This document shows positions 53,150 to 64,000 of a stretch of DNA of 64,000 bases, one piece after another. The notes beneath the pieces are model-generated. The model was not told the DNA's origin. It did not search any database and saw nothing but the letters and a program-made list of their open reading frames with translations. The stretch's first letter is position 1. Every line of letters starts with the position of its first letter. This stretch comes from the human T2T-CHM13v2.0 reference genome, Homo sapiens: assembly GCF_009914755.1 (NCBI RefSeq), contig NC_060940.1, one strand, 5' to 3'. The position numbers and the translations under genes were made by a program.

Positions 53150-53532
53150 TCAAATGATTTATTTCAGCCTCCACTTAACTAGAGCTGACCTCTTATTAGA
53201 CACCTTGGGGACATTACTATGAGCCTTAAAGAAATAAAAAGTATTATAAAGGAATACAATAAATAGTTGTATGCCAATTAATTAAACAACTTAGAAAAAT
53301 GGACAAAGTCCTAGAAAAACAAGAAAAACCTACCAAATTTCAGGAAGAAATGGAAATTCTGAATAGACATATAACAAGTAAATAGATTGAAGTAGTAATA
53401 AAAAACTTCCCACAGGTTGGCGTGGTGGCTCATGCCTGTAATCCCAGCACTTTGGGAGGCCGAGGTGGGCAGACCACGAGGTCAAGAGATCAAGACTATC
53501 CTGGCTAACACCGTAAAACCCCGTCTCTACTA

Positions 53533-53763
<231 letters not shown>

Positions 53764-54828
53764 CTAAACATTTAGAGAAAAATTAATACCAGTTTTTCAT
53801 AAACTCTTTCAAAAAATAGAAGAAGAGGCAACATTTCCCAACTCTTTTTATGAGGCCAGTATTACCCTGATGCCAAAGCCAGACATAAGAAAGGAAACTA
53901 CAGATCAGTATTTCTTATTAATATAGAGGCAAAAATCTTCAAATACCAGCAGACAGAATCCAGCACCACATCAAAAGGACAGTACACCATGATCAAGTGC
54001 GAATGATCCCAGGAATGCAAGGCTGGTTCAATATCTGAAAATACATTAACTTAATACACCATAATTTTAGAATAAATGGAAAAAAGCAATTAATCATCTC
54101 AATAAATGCAGAAAAAAACTTTGACAAAATTCAACATTCTTTCGTAAGAAAAAAACCATGCAACAAACTACAAGTAAAAGACAACTTCCTCTACCTGATA
54201 AAGAGCATCTGTGAAAAACCCACAGCTGACATCATACTTAATGGTGAAAGTTCCTGACAGATCAAAATAAGACAAGGAAGTCCGCTCTTACCACTTTTAT
54301 TCTGTATTGTACTGGAGATTCTAGCCAGGAAAATTAAGCAAGAAAGTGAAATAAAAGGCATCTAGATTGGAAAGAAAGAAGTGAAACTATCTATAGATTA
54401 CATGATCTTGTATATAGAAAATATACAAGATCCAAGGCCGGGCGTGGTGGCTTATGCCTGTAATGCCAGCATTTGGGAGGCCAAAGTGGGCAGATCATTT
54501 GAGATCAGCAGTTTGAGACCAGCCTGGCAAACATGGTGAAACTCCGTCTCTACTAAAAATACAAAAAATTAGCTGGGCATGGTGGTGCACACCTGTAATC
54601 CCAGCTACTCAGAGTCTGAGGCAGGAGAATCCCTTGAAGCTGGTAGGCAGAGTTTGCAGTGAGCTGAGATCGTGCCACTGCACTCCAGCCTGGGTGACAG
54701 AGTCAGACTCTGTCTCAAACAAAACAAAACAAAAACAAAAAAAGAAAATATATAAGATCCTGTAAATCCTAAGGAACCCACTAAAAAATCAGAACTTTAA
54801 TCGCCAGGGAAATGCAAATCAAAACCTC

Positions 54829-57043
<2,215 letters not shown>

Positions 57044-57276
57044 AAATCACAATGAGGTGCTGCCTCATACCTGTTACGATGGCCACTATAGAAAACAAAA
57101 ACAAAAAACACCAAAACCAGAAAATACGTGTGGCAAGAATGAGAGCGAATTGGAAACCCCGTGCACTGTTGGTGGGAATGTAAAATGGTACAGCTAATGT
57201 GGAAAACTGTGTGAAAGTTCCTCAAAATATTAAAAATAGAACTACCATATGATCCAGCAGTCCCACTTTTGGGTAT

Positions 57277-57311
<35 letters not shown>

Positions 57312-57318
57312 TTTTTGA

Positions 57319-57618
<300 letters not shown>

Positions 57619-57739
57619 TGAGTAGCTGGGATTACAGGCATCTGCCACCATGCAGACTAATTTTTATATTTTTAGTAGAGACGGGGTTTCACCATGTTGG
57701 CCAAGCTGGTCTCAAACTCCTGACCTCAGGTCATCCACC

Positions 57740-58010
57740 CACCTCAGCCTCCCAAAGTGCTGGGATTACAGGCATGAGCCATGTGCCCGGCCTAATTTTT
57801 GTGTTTTCAGTAGAGACAGGGTTTCACCATGTCAGCCAGGCTGGTCTTGAACTCCTGACCTCAAGTGATCCACACACCTCAGCCTCCCAAAGTGCTGGGA
57901 TTACAGGCATGAGCCACGTGCCCGGCCTAATTTTTGTGTTTTCAGTAGAGACAGGGTTTCACCATGTCAGCCAGGCTGGTCTTGAACTCCTGACCTCAAG
58001 TGATCCACCC
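57740..58010. repeat. 135-bp tandem duplication inside nested Alus
   Basis: CCTAATTTTTGTGTTTTCAGTAGAGACAGGG... at 57791 and 57926, near-identical. Confidence 0.9.
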
Positions 58011-58286
58011 ACCTCGGCCTCCCAAAGTGCTGGAATTACAGGTGTGAGCCACTGCGCCTGGCCACTTCTGGGTATTTATCCAAAAGAATTGAAATCAGAA
58101 TCTCAAAGAGATATCTGCATTCCCATGTTCATTTCAGTATTATTTACAATAATCAAGAGGTGTACACAACCTAAATGTCCACTAACAGATGAATGGATAA
58201 AGAAAATGTGAGGCCAAGGTGGGCGGATCACGAGGTCAGGAGATTGAGACCATCCTGGCTAACACGGTGAAACCCCATCTCTACTA

Positions 58287-58994
<708 letters not shown>

Positions 58995-59547
58995 AAGACA
59001 TTATACTAAGTGAAATAAACCAGTTATAGAAGGACAAAAACTGCATGATTCCACTCATACGAGGTATCTAAAGTAGTCAAACTCACCAAAACAAAAATTA
59101 GAAAGGTGATGTTCAGCAGCTGAGGGGAGGGGGAGAGGAGGAGTTGCTGTTTATTGGGTATCGAGTTTCAGTCATGCAAAATGAAAAATTTTAGAATCTG
59201 CTGCACTACGTTGTGATCGTAGTTTAAAGTACTGTACACTTAAAACTTGCTCGGGTCCAGGTGTGGTAGCTCATGCCTGTAATCCCAGCACGTTAGGAGG
59301 CCGAGGCGGGCGGATCACGAGGTCAGGAGATCGAGACCATCCTGGCCAACATGGCAAAACCCCGTCTCTACTAAAAAATAAATAAATAAAAATTAGCTGG
59401 GGATGGTTGCGTGGCATGGAGGCTGAGGCAGGAGAATTGCCGGAACCCGGGAGGCAGAGGCCACAGTGAGCCAAGATCGTGCCACTGCCCCCTAGCCTGG
59501 GCGACAGAGTAAGACTCCATCAAAAGCAAACAAACAAACAAAAATCA

Positions 59548-59748
<201 letters not shown>

Positions 59749-59926
59749 TCAGCTGGGCATGGTGGTGCATGCATGTGGTCTCAGCTATTTGGGAGGCTGA
59801 AGAGAGAGAATTACTTGAGCCTGGGAGGTTGAGGCTGCAGTAAGCCAAGATCGCACCACTGTACTCCTGCCTGGGCAATAGAGATAGACACTGTCTAAAA
59901 AAAAAAAAAAAAAAAGGCCAAGGTCA

Positions 59927-60232
<306 letters not shown>

Positions 60233-60436
60233 TTAATGAAAACAGTAATGTTGCAAGATATAGGTCAATATGCAAAAAAAAAATCAATTATATTTCCATA
60301 TAATTGCAATGGACAGGTCAGGCACGTTTGCTCACAGCTGTAATCCCAGCACTTTGGGAGGCCAAGGCGGGCAGATCACTTGAGGTCAGGAGTTCGAGAC
60401 CAGCCTGGCCAACATGATGAAATCCCATCTCTACTA

Positions 60437-60607
<171 letters not shown>

Positions 60608-60807
60608 TCATCTCAAAAAAAAAAAAAAAAAAAAAAGCCGGGTGTGGTGGCTCATGCCTGTAATCCCAGAACTTTGGGAGGCTGAGGTGGGTGGATCACG
60701 AGGTCAGGAGATAGAGACCATCCTGGCCAACATGGTGAAACCCCGTCTCTACTAAAAATACAAAAAAATTAGCTGGGTGTGGTGGCGCATGCCTGTAATC
60801 CCAGCTA

Positions 60808-61006
<199 letters not shown>

Positions 61007-61378
61007 TTAAGAATAAACTTAACAAAAGGAGTACAAAATGTATGCTCTGAAACCTTGAAATAATTGTTGAAACAAATCAAAGAAGATTTGATTTCTAAGT
61101 AAATGGAAAGATACCCCACATTCATGGATCAGAAGATTTAATATTGTTAAATTAATCTACCCAATCCCTATTGGAATTCCAGTGACTTCCTTGTAGAAAT
61201 TGACAAATGGGTCCTAAAATTCATATGGAAACTCAGGGGACTCAGAATAGCCAAAACAATCTTGAAAAAGAAACAAGTTGAAGGCTCACACTTCCCAATT
61301 TCAAAACTTACTACAAAGCTACAGTAATCAAGACACTGTGATACTGTCATAGGGCTAGACCCATAGATCAATGATCTA

Positions 61379-61648
<270 letters not shown>

Positions 61649-62202
61649 CTATATGTCTGTGGTCAATTTATTTTAAATAAGGGTGCCAAGACAATTCAAT
61701 GAGGGAAAGAATAGTCTTTAAATAAACAGTGCTATGTAACAGTGAACATGTACAAAACATACACATACAAAATAATGAACTTGACTGGGCATGGTTGCTC
61801 ATGCCTGTAATCCCAGCACTTTGGGAGCCCGAGGTGGGTGGATCACTTGACCCCAGGAGTTTGAGACTAGCCTGAACAACATAGTGAAACTCCTGTCCCA
61901 CAAAAAATACAAAAAGATAAGCAAGGCATGGTGGTGTGTGCCTGTAGTCCCAACTACTTAGGAGACTGAGGTGGGAGGATCACCTGAGCCCAAGAGTTCA
62001 AGGCTGCAGTGAGTTGTGATCACACCACTGCACTCCAGCCTGGGCAGCAGAGTAAGATCCTGTTTCAAAAAATAATAAATAAATAAGGAATGTGGAGCCC
62101 CTGCCTCATACCATATACAAAAATTAACTCAAAATAGGGTTGTTGTTGTTTTAAAACCAAATGTAAAAGCTAAAACTATAAAACTCTTAGAAGAAAACAT
62201 AG

Positions 62203-62440
<238 letters not shown>

Positions 62441-62621
62441 TAGCCAGGATGTTCTCCATCTCCTGACGTTGTGATCCGGGTGCCTCGGCCTCCCAAAGTG
62501 CTGGGATTACAGGCATGAGCCACCGCACCCATCCCGGCAGTGTCTTCTTAGACATGTCAACAAAAAGGAAAGCAACAACAATGAAAACAGATACATTGGG
62601 CTTCATCAAAATGTGAAACTT

Positions 62622-62810
62622 ATAACATACACTGGGGCCTGTCGGGGGGTCGGGGGAGCAAGAGCATTAGGATAAAGCTAATGTATTCAGGGCTTAATAC
62701 ATAAGTGATGGGTTGATAGGTGCAGCAAAGCACCATGGCACACGTTTACCTATGTAACAAACCTGTACATCCTGCACGTGTATCCCAGGATTTAAAATAA
62801 AATATAGAAA
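62622..62810 (+). mobile_element. Short L1PA-type 3' end insertion
   Basis: ACACTGGGGCCTGTCGGGGGG...CACCATGGCACACGTTTACCTATGTAACAAACCTG. TSD AAAA(T/C)GTGAAACTT at 62608-62621 and 63195-63208. Confidence 0.85.
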
Positions 62811-63245
62811 ATACTCAACAATCATAATAAGTGTAAAAGAATTTTGGTCGGGCGCAGTGGCTCACGCCTGTAATCCCAGCACTTTGGGAGGCCAAGGCAG
62901 GTGGATCACGAGGTCAGGAGATCCAGACCATCCTGACTAACACGGCAAAACCCTGTCTCTACTAAAAATACAAAAATAAAATAAAATAAAATAAAAATAA
63001 ATAAAAATAAAAATTAGCGGGGTGTGGTGGCTGGTGCCTGTAGTCCCAGCTACTCAGGAGGCTGAGGCAGGAGAATGGTGTGAACCCAGGAGGCGGAGCT
63101 TGCAGTGAGCCGAGATCGTGCCACTGCATTCCAGACTGGGGGACAGAGTGAGACTCTGTCTCAAAAAAAAAAAAAAAAAAAAGAATTTGAAACAAAAACG
63201 TGAAACTTCTGTGATTCAAAGAACACCGTCAAGAAAGTGAAAAAA

Positions 63246-63969
<724 letters not shown>

Positions 63970-64000
63970 TCAGGAGATTGAGATCATCCTGGCTAACACG

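Overview
Primate, almost certainly human, genomic DNA. The gene content (GDPD3 and MAPK3/ERK1 in tandem on the minus strand) identifies the 16p11.2 locus. 1-6809 is a decayed class I endogenous retrovirus (HERV-I/HERVIP10-like; leader, gag, pol, env, 3' LTR) carrying three Alus and two internal deletions, one of which fuses the integrase N-terminus in frame to env SU. GDPD3 (10 coding exons, 318 aa; 7514-16125) and MAPK3 (8 coding exons, 379 aa, plus a non-coding exon 9; about 16750-25950) both reconstruct with intact GT-AG junctions and open frames. MAPK3 intron 2 is U12-type. From 26.3 to 64 kb I see no genes: the region is extremely Alu-dense, with nested L1, LTR (MER50, MST, MER21, LTR9), CR1/L3, DNA-transposon and SVA remnants. 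Nearly all ORFs in the supplied track there are Alu translations. I found no convincing new multi-gene system. The best leads are RNA-processing features of MAPK3/GDPD3, the ERV IN-Env fusion ORF and several rearrangement scars. Repeat subfamily names are from recall of consensus sequences and need RepeatMasker/Dfam confirmation.
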